Of a DNA stretch of 64,000 nt, positions 1 to 9,020 are shown piece after piece. The position numbers and the translations under genes are program-made. Each line of letters begins with the position of its first letter. Within the stretch, counting starts at the first letter, position 1. Below the pieces are notes generated by a model, which saw only the letters and a program-made list of their open reading frames with translations, searched no databases and had not been told where the DNA came from. The stretch is from Candidatus Methylomirabilia bacterium (GTDB lineage Bacteria; Methylomirabilota; Methylomirabilia; Rokubacteriales; CSP1-6). The DNA is taken from assembly GCA_041496385.1 (NCBI GenBank), contig JBGQEL010000005.1:1-64000 (forward strand). The letters are read 5' to 3'.

Positions 1-173
<173 letters not shown>

Positions 174-461
174 TTACTCGAGAATGGCGAGGACGTCTTC
201 CTCGCGCAGGATGAGGTACTCTTTGTCGTCGATCTTGACTTCCGAGCCGGAATATTTCCCGAACAGGATCTTGTCGCCGGCCTTCACGTCGAGCGGGATC
301 TTCTTGCCGTCGTCGCCGACCTTGCCGTTACCGACGGCGATGACCTTGGCCTCTTGCGGCTTCTCCTTGGCGGTGTCGGGAATGATGATCCCGCCCTTCT
401 TGACCTCTTTCTCCTCGAGCCGCTCGACGAGGATGCGGTCATGCAACGGACGAATCTTCAT
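174..461 (-). CDS. groS: Co-chaperonin GroES
   Basis: [15 protein letters not shown]...[14 protein letters not shown]...GKYSGSEVK signature. Confidence 0.98.
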   Translation of the reverse strand: MKIRPLHDRILVERLEEKEVKKGGIIIPDTAKEKPQEAKVIAVGNGKVGDDGKKIPLDVKAGDKILFGKYSGSEVKIDDKEYLILREEDVLAILE

Positions 462-553
462 GGCTCCTCTGCCTCCTTACGTGTTGTGTTGAACCGGGCT
501 TCCTGGCGGTCACTGTTTGGCCTGGCGGCCCTGCTGTGTACCTAACCAGCCTG

Positions 554-580
554 TTAGCACTCTGTCAAGTCGAGTGCTAA
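554..580. promoter_or_regulatory. CIRCE element (HrcA operator) upstream of groESL
   Basis: Exact TTAGCACTC-N9-GAGTGCTAA. It overlaps a minus-strand sigma70-like promoter, TTGATC (607-602)-N17-TATGTT (584-579). Confidence 0.97.
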
Positions 581-629
581 CATATCCGGAATCCAGCGCC
601 AGATCAAGCGGAAATCCTGGAGGATCGCG

Positions 630-1589
630 ATGGCGAAAAGTGTCTTGATTTCCAACGTCTTACCGAAGGAAGCGCTCGACCTCATCCCGGTCGACGTCAG
701 CGTGGACTATAACGGGGGAGACGTCGCCCTGCCGATCGACGATCTCCGGGCGCGCCTCAAGGGGAAGGACGGGCTGATCTGCCACATCATCAGCACGATC
801 AACGACGACGTCCTCGCCGCGGCGCCGACGCTCAAGGTCGTCTGCAACGTCGCGGTCGGCTACAACAACATCGACGTGGCCGCGGCCCGACGCCGTGGCG
901 TCGTCGTGACGAACACCCCCGACGTGCTGACCGAGACGACCGCCGATTTCGCCTGGGCGCTCCTCATGGCGGCGGCCCGGCGCGTCGTCGAGGCCGACCA
1001 GTTCGCGCGCTCCGGCCAGTGGCAGCGCTGGCAGTGGGATCTTCTCTGGGGCGCCGACGTCCACGGCAAGACGCTCGGCATCCTCGGCTTCGGGCGGATC
1101 GGCCGGGCCGTCGCGCGCCGCGCCTCGGGCTTCGACATGCGCGTCCTCTACCACGACGCGGTGCGGCCGGCGCCGGCGGTGGAGCGCGAGCTGCGCGCCG
1201 ACTACGCGGACGTCGAGACGATCCTCCGCGAGGCGGACTTCGTGAGCCTCCACACGCCGCTCCTGCCCCAGACGCGCCACCTCATCGACGAGCGGACGCT
1301 GCGCCTCATGAAGAAGACGGCGATCCTGGTCAACGCCGCGCGCGGTCCGATCGTCGACGAGGCCGCGCTCGTGCGGGCGCTCGAGGAGGGCTGGATCGCC
1401 GGCGCCGGGATCGACGTTTTCGAGGAGGAGCCCCGGATCAACCCCGGGCTCCTGCCCCTCCGCAACGTCGTCCTCGCGCCGCACATCGCGAGCGCCTCGC
1501 GGGACACGCGGATCGCGATGGCCTCCCTCGCGGTGCGGAACTGCCTCGACGTGCTCGACGGCAAGCCCCCGATCACGCCCGTGCCCTGA
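630..1589 (+). CDS. D-2-hydroxyacid dehydrogenase (glyoxylate reductase/D-glycerate dehydrogenase)
   Basis: NVAVGYNNID, TNTPDVLTETTAD, GILGFGRIG, NAARGPIVDE and PHIASAS motifs. Confidence 0.92.
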   Translation: MAKSVLISNVLPKEALDLIPVDVSVDYNGGDVALPIDDLRARLKGKDGLICHIISTINDDVLAAAPTLKVVCNVAVGYNNIDVAAARRRGVVVTNTPDVLTETTADFAWALLMAAARRVVEADQFARSGQWQRWQWDLLWGADVHGKTLGILGFGRIGRAVARRASGFDMRVLYHDAVRPAPAVERELRADYADVETILREADFVSLHTPLLPQTRHLIDERTLRLMKKTAILVNAARGPIVDEAALVRALEEGWIAGAGIDVFEEEPRINPGLLPLRNVVLAPHIASASRDTRIAMASLAVRNCLDVLDGKPPITPVP

Positions 1590-2626
1590 TGGGACTCCTC
1601 CGTCTCGAGCGCGTCACCAAGCGCTTCGCGACCGGCCGGGCGGCGGTGGACGGCCTGTCGTTCGCCGTCGAGCACGGACAGATCCTGGCGCTCCTCGGGC
1701 CGTCGGGCTGCGGCAAGACGACGACGCTCCGGCTCATCGCGGGCTTCGAACGGCTCGACGCCGGCCGGATCACGATCGACGGCCGCCCCGTCGCGGACAC
1801 CGGCATCCACGTCGAGCCCGAGGCGCGCGGTGTGGGCGTCGTCTTTCAGGACTACGCGCTCTTTCCCCACCTCACCGTCGCGCAGAACGTCGCCTTCGGC
1901 CTCGAGCGCCTGGCGCGCGAGACGCGGCGGGAGCGCGGCGGGCGGATCCTCGACCTGGTCGGGCTCGCGGAGTTCGCCGGCCGCTACCCGCACGAGCTCT
2001 CGGGCGGCCAGCAGCAGCGCGTCGCCGTGGCCCGGGCGCTCGCGCCCTCGCCCGCCGTCATCTTGCTGGACGAGCCGTTCTCGAACCTCGACGCCGACCT
2101 CCGGGCACAGATGCGCGACGAGGTCGAGAAGATCCTGCGCGGCACCGGAACCACGGCGATCTTCGTCACCCACGACCAGGAGGAGGCGTTCACGATCGCG
2201 GACCAGGTGGGTGTCCTGAGCCACGGCCGCCTCGAGCAGCTCGGCACGCCCGAGACGATCTATCACCAGCCCGCCACGCCGTTCGTCGCCGAGTTCGTGG
2301 GCGCCGCGGACTTCCTGCCGGGCACCGTGACCCCCGAGGGCATCGTGACCGAGATCGGCCTCTTCGACAACGCCGCGAGGCGCGCGCCGGGCGAGAAGGT
2401 GCGGGTGATGATCCGCCCGGACGACGTGACCTTCGTGCCCGACGTCGGGGGCGAGGCGGTCATCGTCCGCCGCGACTTCCGCGGCTCGGAGAATCTGTAT
2501 TGCCTCGGCCTGCCCTCGGGACATCGGGTCCACTCGTCCCAGCCCTCGTCGGCCGCGCTCGCGACGGGCACCCGCGTGCGCCCCGAGGCGCACGTGCTGC
2601 ACGTCGTGACGTTTCCCGCGGAGTAG
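1589..2626 (+). CDS. ABC transporter ATP-binding protein (FbpC/PotA-like, TOBE domain)
   Basis: Walker A GPSGCGKT, LSGGQQQR signature, LLDEPF. The ATG at 1589 overlaps the upstream TGA. Confidence 0.92.
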   Translation: MGLLRLERVTKRFATGRAAVDGLSFAVEHGQILALLGPSGCGKTTTLRLIAGFERLDAGRITIDGRPVADTGIHVEPEARGVGVVFQDYALFPHLTVAQNVAFGLERLARETRRERGGRILDLVGLAEFAGRYPHELSGGQQQRVAVARALAPSPAVILLDEPFSNLDADLRAQMRDEVEKILRGTGTTAIFVTHDQEEAFTIADQVGVLSHGRLEQLGTPETIYHQPATPFVAEFVGAADFLPGTVTPEGIVTEIGLFDNAARRAPGEKVRVMIRPDDVTFVPDVGGEAVIVRRDFRGSENLYCLGLPSGHRVHSSQPSSAALATGTRVRPEAHVLHVVTFPAE

Positions 2627-2646
2627 CGCGCCGGGTCGTTCCGCCC

Positions 2647-3849
2647 TCAGCCGAGCCGCGCGAGGCGGCGGCCGAGACGCGCCAGACGGTGGTGCAACGC
2701 CTCGAGGACCGCGGGCGGCATGTCCGCCGCACTGGCGAGCGCGAGCGCCTCTTCGACGACCGAGCGCGCGGCGGCCGGGTCGCGACGGCGGTGCTCGTGG
2801 AACTTCGCGAGCTCCTCCCACGGCTCCCGATCGAATGCGCCGTGCCGCGACGCGACCTCCCAGAGCTCGCGGGCCGCATCCCAGCTCGCCTCGCGCTTCT
2901 CCCAGCGCGCGAGCCGCAACCGCACCCGATGCGCGGCGGCGCCCGCCAGCCCGGCGGCGAGCGCCGCGCGGTAGCTGGCGCGGGCGCGCGCGAAGTCCAC
3001 GGGCTCCCAGAGACGGCCGAGCCCGGCGAGCTCCTCGGCCTCGAGGTGATCCTGCGTGGCGAGCGCCCGGCCGAGCCAGCCGAGCAGCGCGACGAGCGAG
3101 AGGATGTCGTCGCGGTTGTGGGCGAAGACGCGCTCGAGCGGTGCGGCGCGGCGGGATCGCAGATAGTCGAAGTAGAGCGACGGGATCAGCGCGCCCGCCA
3201 CGTCGTCCGCGCGCGCGAGGCCGAGCACCTCGCGTTCCAGCGTCGCCAGGCGGCAGTCGGCGAAGCGTGCCCGCCAGACCCGGCGCGAGGGACGCAGGAG
3301 ATCGAGGTGCGGCAGGGGCGCGGGCCAGCGACGGCGCGCCAGGATGAAGCGCGTCTCGAGCAGCGGCAGGTCGAAGCCCATGCCGTTGAACGTGACGATG
3401 CCGCTCGCGCGCTCGACGAGCGGGGCCAGCGCCGCGAGGAGGGCCCCCTCTTCGTCGAAGTCGCGCATGAAGTACTGCGCGAGCACCAGGCGGTCGGCCT
3501 CGAGCCAGCCCGTGCCCACGAGAAACGCGTAGGTCCCGGTCCCGCCGGCGAGGCCCGTCGTCTCGGTGTCGAGGAAGAGGAGCCGCCGCGCGTCGCCGAG
3601 CGGCGCCTCGGCGCGCGCGAGGGCGCCGAGCAGATCCAGGGGCGCCTCGAAGGCAGGGCCCAGCGCCTGGCGCCCGTGCCGGTGGGTGAGCGGAAACTCC
3701 CGGCGCACGACGAGCACCTGGCCCTCGCCCGTGTCGTGCAGCTCACCGCCGAGCACCTCGTGGGCCGGCGCGGCAGCGGGGCGCGGCGGCCGCCGCGTCT
3801 CGATGCGCCGGATGATGCGTCGGAGGTCGTCGAGCGACTGCCCCGCCAC
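2647..3849 (-). CDS. RNase H-like (YprB/MrfB-like) exonuclease with TPR-like C-terminus
   Basis: FLDTETTGLAGGTGTYAFLVG, TFNGMGFDLPLL and HNRDDILSL motifs. Downstream of a DUF1998 helicase. Confidence 0.88.
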   Translation of the reverse strand: MAGQSLDDLRRIIRRIETRRPPRPAAAPAHEVLGGELHDTGEGQVLVVRREFPLTHRHGRQALGPAFEAPLDLLGALARAEAPLGDARRLLFLDTETTGLAGGTGTYAFLVGTGWLEADRLVLAQYFMRDFDEEGALLAALAPLVERASGIVTFNGMGFDLPLLETRFILARRRWPAPLPHLDLLRPSRRVWRARFADCRLATLEREVLGLARADDVAGALIPSLYFDYLRSRRAAPLERVFAHNRDDILSLVALLGWLGRALATQDHLEAEELAGLGRLWEPVDFARARASYRAALAAGLAGAAAHRVRLRLARWEKREASWDAARELWEVASRHGAFDREPWEELAKFHEHRRRDPAAARSVVEEALALASAADMPPAVLEALHHRLARLGRRLARLG

Positions 3850-3859
3850 CGGGGTCTCG

Positions 3860-6205
3860 TCAGGCCGTGAGGGCGCGGAGGAGCGCCTGCGCGGTCGCCT
3901 TCGCCCGGCGTCCGACCTCGTTGACCGGGCCGACGCACGAGGGGCACCCGGACGCGCAGGCGCAGGCGTTCAGCGTCTCGAGTCCCCGGCGGAGGAGCTC
4001 GGGCAGGATCTCGAACAGGCGCTCGGCGAGGCCGATCCCGCCCGCGTGGGAGTCGTAGAGGTAGATCGTCGGGTTGAAGCGCTCGGCGCTCAGGAGCCGC
4101 CGCTTCGTGGACTCGCGTGTCGCGACGGCGCCGGGCGCCGCCGGGGTCGTGTCGCCGAGCCACGAGCCGAGATCGCGGATGTCGCACAGCAGGAAGATCG
4201 GCGCCAGGTGATGGAGCAGGTACGTCACCGCGCGCAGGCCGTCGATCAGATCCTCGCGCGCGGGGCTCACCCGCGCGAGCGTCTCGGGCGCAACGGTGAG
4301 CCAGGCCGCCGTCGTCTGCATCTCCTGCTGCGGCAGCTCCACCTCGCCCGAGCCGACGTTCTCGAGCGTTCCCATCTTGATCTTCTTGAAGCCGACGACC
4401 TTCTCGGCGACGAGCACCTCGCCCTGCTCGGCGAGGTACGCCGGCTGCGCCTGGTCGGCGAGTCGCTGGAGGATCCAGACACCCTTGGCGCTGATCGCGT
4501 CGGTGAAGTAGTCCACCTGCACGCGCTTGACGTAGGCGACCTTCTCCTCGTCCTCGCGGAAGCGGAGCTCCTGGACCTCGTAGGGCTCGCTCTCCACGAG
4601 GTAGATCGCCTTCGGGTGGATCGTCGCGAACGCGCTCCCCCAGTCGACCTCGGCGATGATCTGACGGCGCTTCGTCTGCGTCTCGTCGCGCGACGTCGTG
4701 TCGATGACGAGGAAGTTGTCGCTCGTCACGGAGCGGAGCGAGACGTGGTCGGCCGGGTAGGTCTCCGAAGCCCAGTGCCAGCGGGTGCCCGCGTGATGGA
4801 GCACGCCCTCGTCCTCGAGGGCGGCGAGGAGCTTCCTGACGTCCAGGTCTCCGAAGCGCTCCTCGTCCGCGACGGGCAGCTCGAAGGCGGCGCACTTGAG
4901 GTGGCTCACCAGGACGAACGGGTTGTCGGGGTTCACGCGCGCGTGCTCGGGCGGCGTCCCGAAGAGGTACTCGGGATGCGTCGCCATGAACTGGTCGAGC
5001 GGCGCGCTCGTCGCGACGAGGATCGCCGCCGAGGAGCCTGAGCGGCGGCCCGCGCGCCCGGCCTGCTGCCAGAGGGAGGCGATCGCGCCGGGGTATCCGG
5101 CGAGGACCGCGACGTCGAGGTGGCCGATGTCCACGCCGAGCTCGAGCGCGTTCGTCGAGACGACGCCCAGCACCTCCCCCTCCCGGAGCCCCTTCTCGAC
5201 CGCCCGCCGGCGCGTCGGCAGGTAGCCCCCGCGATAGCCGCGGACGATGCCGCTGTCGCCCGTCTTGTCGGCGACGCGACTCTTGATCGACGCGAGCAGG
5301 ACCTCGGTCGCGAGCCGGCTCTGGGCGAAGACGATCGTCGCGATCCGCTCCTTGAGGAACCGCACCGCGAGCTTCGAGGCCTCGCCGAGATACGGCGCCC
5401 GGATGCCCAGCTCGGGGTTCACCACGGGCGGGTTGTAGCAGACGAAGGTCTTGTCGCCCGTCGGCGCGCCGCTCTCGGCGATCTCCTCGACCGCCTCGCC
5501 CGTCAGCCGTCGCGCGAGCTCGCCCGGGTTCGCGATCGTCGCGGACGCCATGATGAACTGCGGCGCGGACCCGTAGTGCCGGCAGATGCGATGGAGCCGG
5601 CGCAGGACGTTGGCCAGGTGGCTGCCGAAGACTCCCCGATAGGCGTGCAGCTCGTCGATGACGACGTAGCGGAGGTTCTGGAAGAGCGTCGCCCACTTCG
5701 TGTGGTGCGGCAGGATCCCCGAGTGGAGCATGTCGGGGTTCGTCAGGACCAGGTTCGCGCGCGCGCGGACAGCGCGCCGGGCGTCCTGCGGCGTATCGCC
5801 GTCGTACGTGAACATCCGCATCTCGGGCAAGCGCCTTGCCAGCTCCTCGAGCTCGGCGAGCTGATCCTGGGCGAGCGCCTTCGTCGGGAAGAGGTAGAGG
5901 ACGCGCGCGGCGGGCTGGAGCAGAAGCGACTGCAGCGCGGGCAGGTTGTAGCAGAGCGTCTTGCCCGAGGCGGTCGGCGTGACGACGACGACGTTGTGCC
6001 CCTTCTCGACCAGCTCCCAGGCGCGCGCCTGGTGCGAGTAGAGCGCGTCGATCCCGCGCGCGCGCAACGCCTCCACGATCCGGGGGTCGAGCGACGAGGG
6101 GAACGGTGCCAGGACGGGGGGTCGGGCGGCGAAGTGACGCGTCGCCGTGATGCACGGTCCCGTCGACGGTGAGGTCAGCAGATCGTCGAGGATCGCGCCG
6201 AGCAT
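3860..6205 (-). CDS. DEAD/DEAH-box helicase with DUF1998 (MrfA/YprA/Hrq1-like)
   Basis: TPTASGKTLCY, DELH, SATIANP, QQAGRAGRR, and C-terminal CACASGCPSCV. Start is the ATG at 6205 or the GTG at 6214. Confidence 0.92.
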   Translation of the reverse strand: MLGAILDDLLTSPSTGPCITATRHFAARPPVLAPFPSSLDPRIVEALRARGIDALYSHQARAWELVEKGHNVVVVTPTASGKTLCYNLPALQSLLLQPAARVLYLFPTKALAQDQLAELEELARRLPEMRMFTYDGDTPQDARRAVRARANLVLTNPDMLHSGILPHHTKWATLFQNLRYVVIDELHAYRGVFGSHLANVLRRLHRICRHYGSAPQFIMASATIANPGELARRLTGEAVEEIAESGAPTGDKTFVCYNPPVVNPELGIRAPYLGEASKLAVRFLKERIATIVFAQSRLATEVLLASIKSRVADKTGDSGIVRGYRGGYLPTRRRAVEKGLREGEVLGVVSTNALELGVDIGHLDVAVLAGYPGAIASLWQQAGRAGRRSGSSAAILVATSAPLDQFMATHPEYLFGTPPEHARVNPDNPFVLVSHLKCAAFELPVADEERFGDLDVRKLLAALEDEGVLHHAGTRWHWASETYPADHVSLRSVTSDNFLVIDTTSRDETQTKRRQIIAEVDWGSAFATIHPKAIYLVESEPYEVQELRFREDEEKVAYVKRVQVDYFTDAISAKGVWILQRLADQAQPAYLAEQGEVLVAEKVVGFKKIKMGTLENVGSGEVELPQQEMQTTAAWLTVAPETLARVSPAREDLIDGLRAVTYLLHHLAPIFLLCDIRDLGSWLGDTTPAAPGAVATRESTKRRLLSAERFNPTIYLYDSHAGGIGLAERLFEILPELLRRGLETLNACACASGCPSCVGPVNEVGRRAKATAQALLRALTA

Positions 6206-6218
6206 CGCGACCACTCTA

Positions 6219-6566
6219 TCACTTCAGGACCGTCGCGTACGCCTCCTCGTTGAATCCGACGAGCAGCGTCCGGCCCACGCGGAGCGTCGGCGCCCGGAGA
6301 CCCCCGGTCGGTCCCAGCAGGAGCGCGAGCAGCTCCGCCTTCGGCGGCTTCGCCTTCCTGAGATCCAGGCGGACGACCTTCTTCCCCCGGGCGACCCACA
6401 CCTCGTCCACGTCGCGCGTGACCGCCAGCGCGGCCTCGCCTCGGATGGGGGAACGGGTCGTGTCCACCTGCTCCACGACGGTGACCTTCTTCTTCGCAAG
6501 AAACTCTTGCGCGCGGCCGCAGGAGGTTCAGCCCCTCCGGTGATAGCTCCAGTCCACTCTCGCCAT
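6219..6566 (-). CDS. ArsC-like/thioredoxin-fold selenoprotein (UxxC), 115 aa with Sec at codon 13
   Basis: ATG at 6566 reads MARVDWSYHRRG-TGA(6530-6528)-TSCGRAQEFL and continues in frame into the 6219-6476 ORF ending GPTGGLRAPTLRVGRTLLVGFNEEAY. Confidence 0.85.
6495..6511 (-). promoter_or_regulatory. Putative bacterial SECIS hairpin
   Basis: mRNA CGCAAGA-GUU-UCUUGCG: a perfect 7-bp stem starting 17 nt after the UGA, with G as the first loop base. Confidence 0.65.
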
Positions 6567-6586
6567 GCGGGTATCATAACAGCGCG

Positions 6587-7189
6587 ATGCGCCCCGCCTA
6601 CTGGGTGCCTCCCGTCGTCTGGATGGCCGTGATCTTCTGGCTCTCGTCCGACCTCGGGAGCGCCGATCACACGAAGGGCGTGCTCATCCCCCTGCTCCGC
6701 TGGCTCGCTCCCTGGGCGACGCCGGCCGCGCTCGACGCGCTGCACGGCCTCGCCCGCAAGGCCGCGCACGTCTCGGAGTACGCGATGCTCGCCGCGCTCT
6801 GGTTCCGGGCCTTCCGCCGCGGGCGTGCGGCCGGCGCGGCGGCGAGCTCCTGGCTCGCCCTCGGCATCAGCCTCGGCTGGGCCGTGCTCGACGAGTGGCA
6901 CCAGTCCACGCTCCCGACGCGGACGGGGAGCGCCGCCGACGTGGCGCTCGACGGCGCAGGCTCGGTCGCCGCGCTCGCGGTGGCGCGCGCGGGCGGGTGG
7001 GCGGCGATCGATGCGGTGACGGGCGTGCTCCTCTGGCTCGCCCTCGCGGGCGGCGCCGTCGCGCTCGCCGTCGACGCCTGGGCCGGCATCGCCTCCGGGT
7101 GGCTCTGGCTCACCACCCCGGGCGCCCTGCTCGGTCTGCTCGCCCGCCGGCGTCTCCGGTGCCGCCGGCCGGCGACCTCGGCGCCGTGA
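6587..7189 (+). CDS. VanZ family membrane protein
   Basis: WMAVIFWLSS, RKAAHVSEYAML, DEWHQSTLPTRTGSAADVALD. Confidence 0.88.
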   Translation: MRPAYWVPPVVWMAVIFWLSSDLGSADHTKGVLIPLLRWLAPWATPAALDALHGLARKAAHVSEYAMLAALWFRAFRRGRAAGAAASSWLALGISLGWAVLDEWHQSTLPTRTGSAADVALDGAGSVAALAVARAGGWAAIDAVTGVLLWLALAGGAVALAVDAWAGIASGWLWLTTPGALLGLLARRRLRCRRPATSAP

Positions 7190-7197
7190 CGGACGCG

Positions 7198-8106
7198 TCA
7201 GACCTTCAGGCGGGGGTCGAGCGTGTCGCGCAGGCCGTCGCCGAAGAGGTTGATCCCGAGGACCGTCACGAGGATCGCAAGGCCGGGGAACGTCGCGAGC
7301 CACCACGCCGTCGAGATGTAGACGCGGCCGTCCGCGAGCATCCCGCCCCAGGTCGGCGTCGGGGGCTGCACGCCCAGGCCGAGGAAGGACAGCGCGGACT
7401 CGAGCACGATGACGCGCGCCATGTCGAGCGTGGCCACGACGAGCCAGGGCGTCAGCGCGTTCGGCAGGATGTGGCGCAGCAGCACGCGGCCGTCGCGGCT
7501 GCCGAGCGCCAGCGCGGCCTGGACGAATTCACGCTCGCGGAGCGAGAGGACGGTGCCGCGGACGATGCGGGCGTAGACGACCCAGCTCGACACGCCGATC
7601 ACGACGATGATGACGGGCAGGCTCGGACCGAGGACGCCGATGACGGCGATCGCGAGCAGGATGAACGGGAACGCGAGCTGGATGTCCGCCAGTCGCATGA
7701 ACACGTCGTCGATCCGCCCCCCGAAGTAGCCCGAGAGGAGCCCGACCGCCATGCCGAGGAGCCCCGAGATCGCCACGGCGGCGAGGCCGACCAGCAGCGC
7801 CGGTCGCGCGCCGTGGAGGATCCGCGCGAGGATGTCGCGCCCCAGGTGATCGGTGCCGAGGGCGTGGACGCGCCCGGCCGAGTCCGGCGACCCCGGCGGC
7901 TTCAGGCGATTGGTGATGTCCTGCTCGATCGGATCCCAGGTCGTGAGCCAGGGCGCGCCGAGCGCCGCGACGACGACCACCGCGATGACGAGAACGCCGA
8001 AGAGCGCGGTGCGACGGCGGGCGAGCCGGCGAAGGAACACGACCCACTCGCGGCGCGCGGCGGCGCGCTCGGCGGGAAGCGCCAGGGCCTCGGCCGGGAC
8101 GCTCAT
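7198..8106 (-). CDS. Peptide/nickel ABC transporter permease (DppC/OppC-like)
   Basis: LGTDHLGRDILAR, EAA loop REFVQAALALG, ESALSFLGLG. Start MSVPAE at 8106. Confidence 0.92.
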   Translation of the reverse strand: MSVPAEALALPAERAAARREWVVFLRRLARRRTALFGVLVIAVVVVAALGAPWLTTWDPIEQDITNRLKPPGSPDSAGRVHALGTDHLGRDILARILHGARPALLVGLAAVAISGLLGMAVGLLSGYFGGRIDDVFMRLADIQLAFPFILLAIAVIGVLGPSLPVIIVVIGVSSWVVYARIVRGTVLSLREREFVQAALALGSRDGRVLLRHILPNALTPWLVVATLDMARVIVLESALSFLGLGVQPPTPTWGGMLADGRVYISTAWWLATFPGLAILVTVLGINLFGDGLRDTLDPRLKV

Positions 8107-9020
8107 CGCAGGCGGATCCTCGGGTCGAGATAGGTGTAGAGGAGGTCCACGACCAGGTTGACGAGCACGAACGTGGACGAGAGCAGGAACACCGCGGCCT
8201 GGACGACGGGGTAGTCGCGGTTGTAGATCGCCTGCACCGAGAGCCGCCCGACGCCCGGCCACGCGAAGATCGTCTCCGTGATCACCGAGCCGCCGAGGAG
8301 CGTGCCGAGCTCGATCCCCACGATCGTCACGATCGGGATCGCGGCGTTCTTGAGCGCGTGCTTCCAGACGACCGGAGGGTCCGAGACCCCCTTGGCGCGC
8401 GCCGTCCGGATGTAGTCCTGGTCCAGCACCTCGAGCATGCCCGAGCGCGTGAGCCGGGTGATCCGCGCCGTCGTGAAGAGCCCGAGGGTGATCGCCGGCA
8501 GCAGGAGGTGCTCGATCCCGCCGCGCCCGGACGAGGGCAGGAGGTTGAACTGCACCGAGAAGACGAGGATCAGCATGATGCCGAGCCAGAAGGTGGGCAT
8601 CGACTGGCCCAGCAGCGCGATGATCGTCGAGACGTAGTCGACGGCCGTGTTGCGCCGCACGGCCGAGACGATGCCCGCCGGGATCGAGAGCGCGAGCGCG
8701 ATCAGGAGCGCCGAGCCGGCGAGCTCGAAGGTCGCCGGCATCCGCTCGACGACGAGCGAAAAGGCGGGCTCGCCGTGGCGCACCGACTGGCCGAAGTCGC
8801 CGCGGATCGCGCCGGCGAGAAAACGGCCGTACTGGACGAGGAACGGGTCGTTGAAGCCCATCGCCTCGCGGAAGCGCTGGACGTCCTCGGCGGTCGAGTC
8901 CGGCGGCAGCAGGACGAGCGCCGGGTCGCCGGTGAGATGCAGGATGAAGAAGACGACGAAGGAGACGCCGAGCAGCACGACCAGCGACTGGAGCAGCCGG
9001 CGGAGCAGGAAGATCCTCAT
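8103..9020 (-). CDS. Peptide/nickel ABC transporter permease (DppB/NikB-like)
   Basis: MRIFLLRRLLQ start, DYIRTARAKG, ETIFAWPGVGRL, DYPVVQ. Confidence 0.92.
   Translation of the reverse strand: MRIFLLRRLLQSLVVLLGVSFVVFFILHLTGDPALVLLPPDSTAEDVQRFREAMGFNDPFLVQYGRFLAGAIRGDFGQSVRHGEPAFSLVVERMPATFELAGSALLIALALSIPAGIVSAVRRNTAVDYVSTIIALLGQSMPTFWLGIMLILVFSVQFNLLPSSGRGGIEHLLLPAITLGLFTTARITRLTRSGMLEVLDQDYIRTARAKGVSDPPVVWKHALKNAAIPIVTIVGIELGTLLGGSVITETIFAWPGVGRLSVQAIYNRDYPVVQAAVFLLSSTFVLVNLVVDLLYTYLDPRIRLR

Noticed and set aside
2647..6205. DUF1998 helicase plus nuclease as an anti-phage system (DISARM/Druantia-like)
   Set aside because: The size and the YprB-like partner match the housekeeping MrfAB-type repair pair. 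No methylase or other defence genes are nearby.
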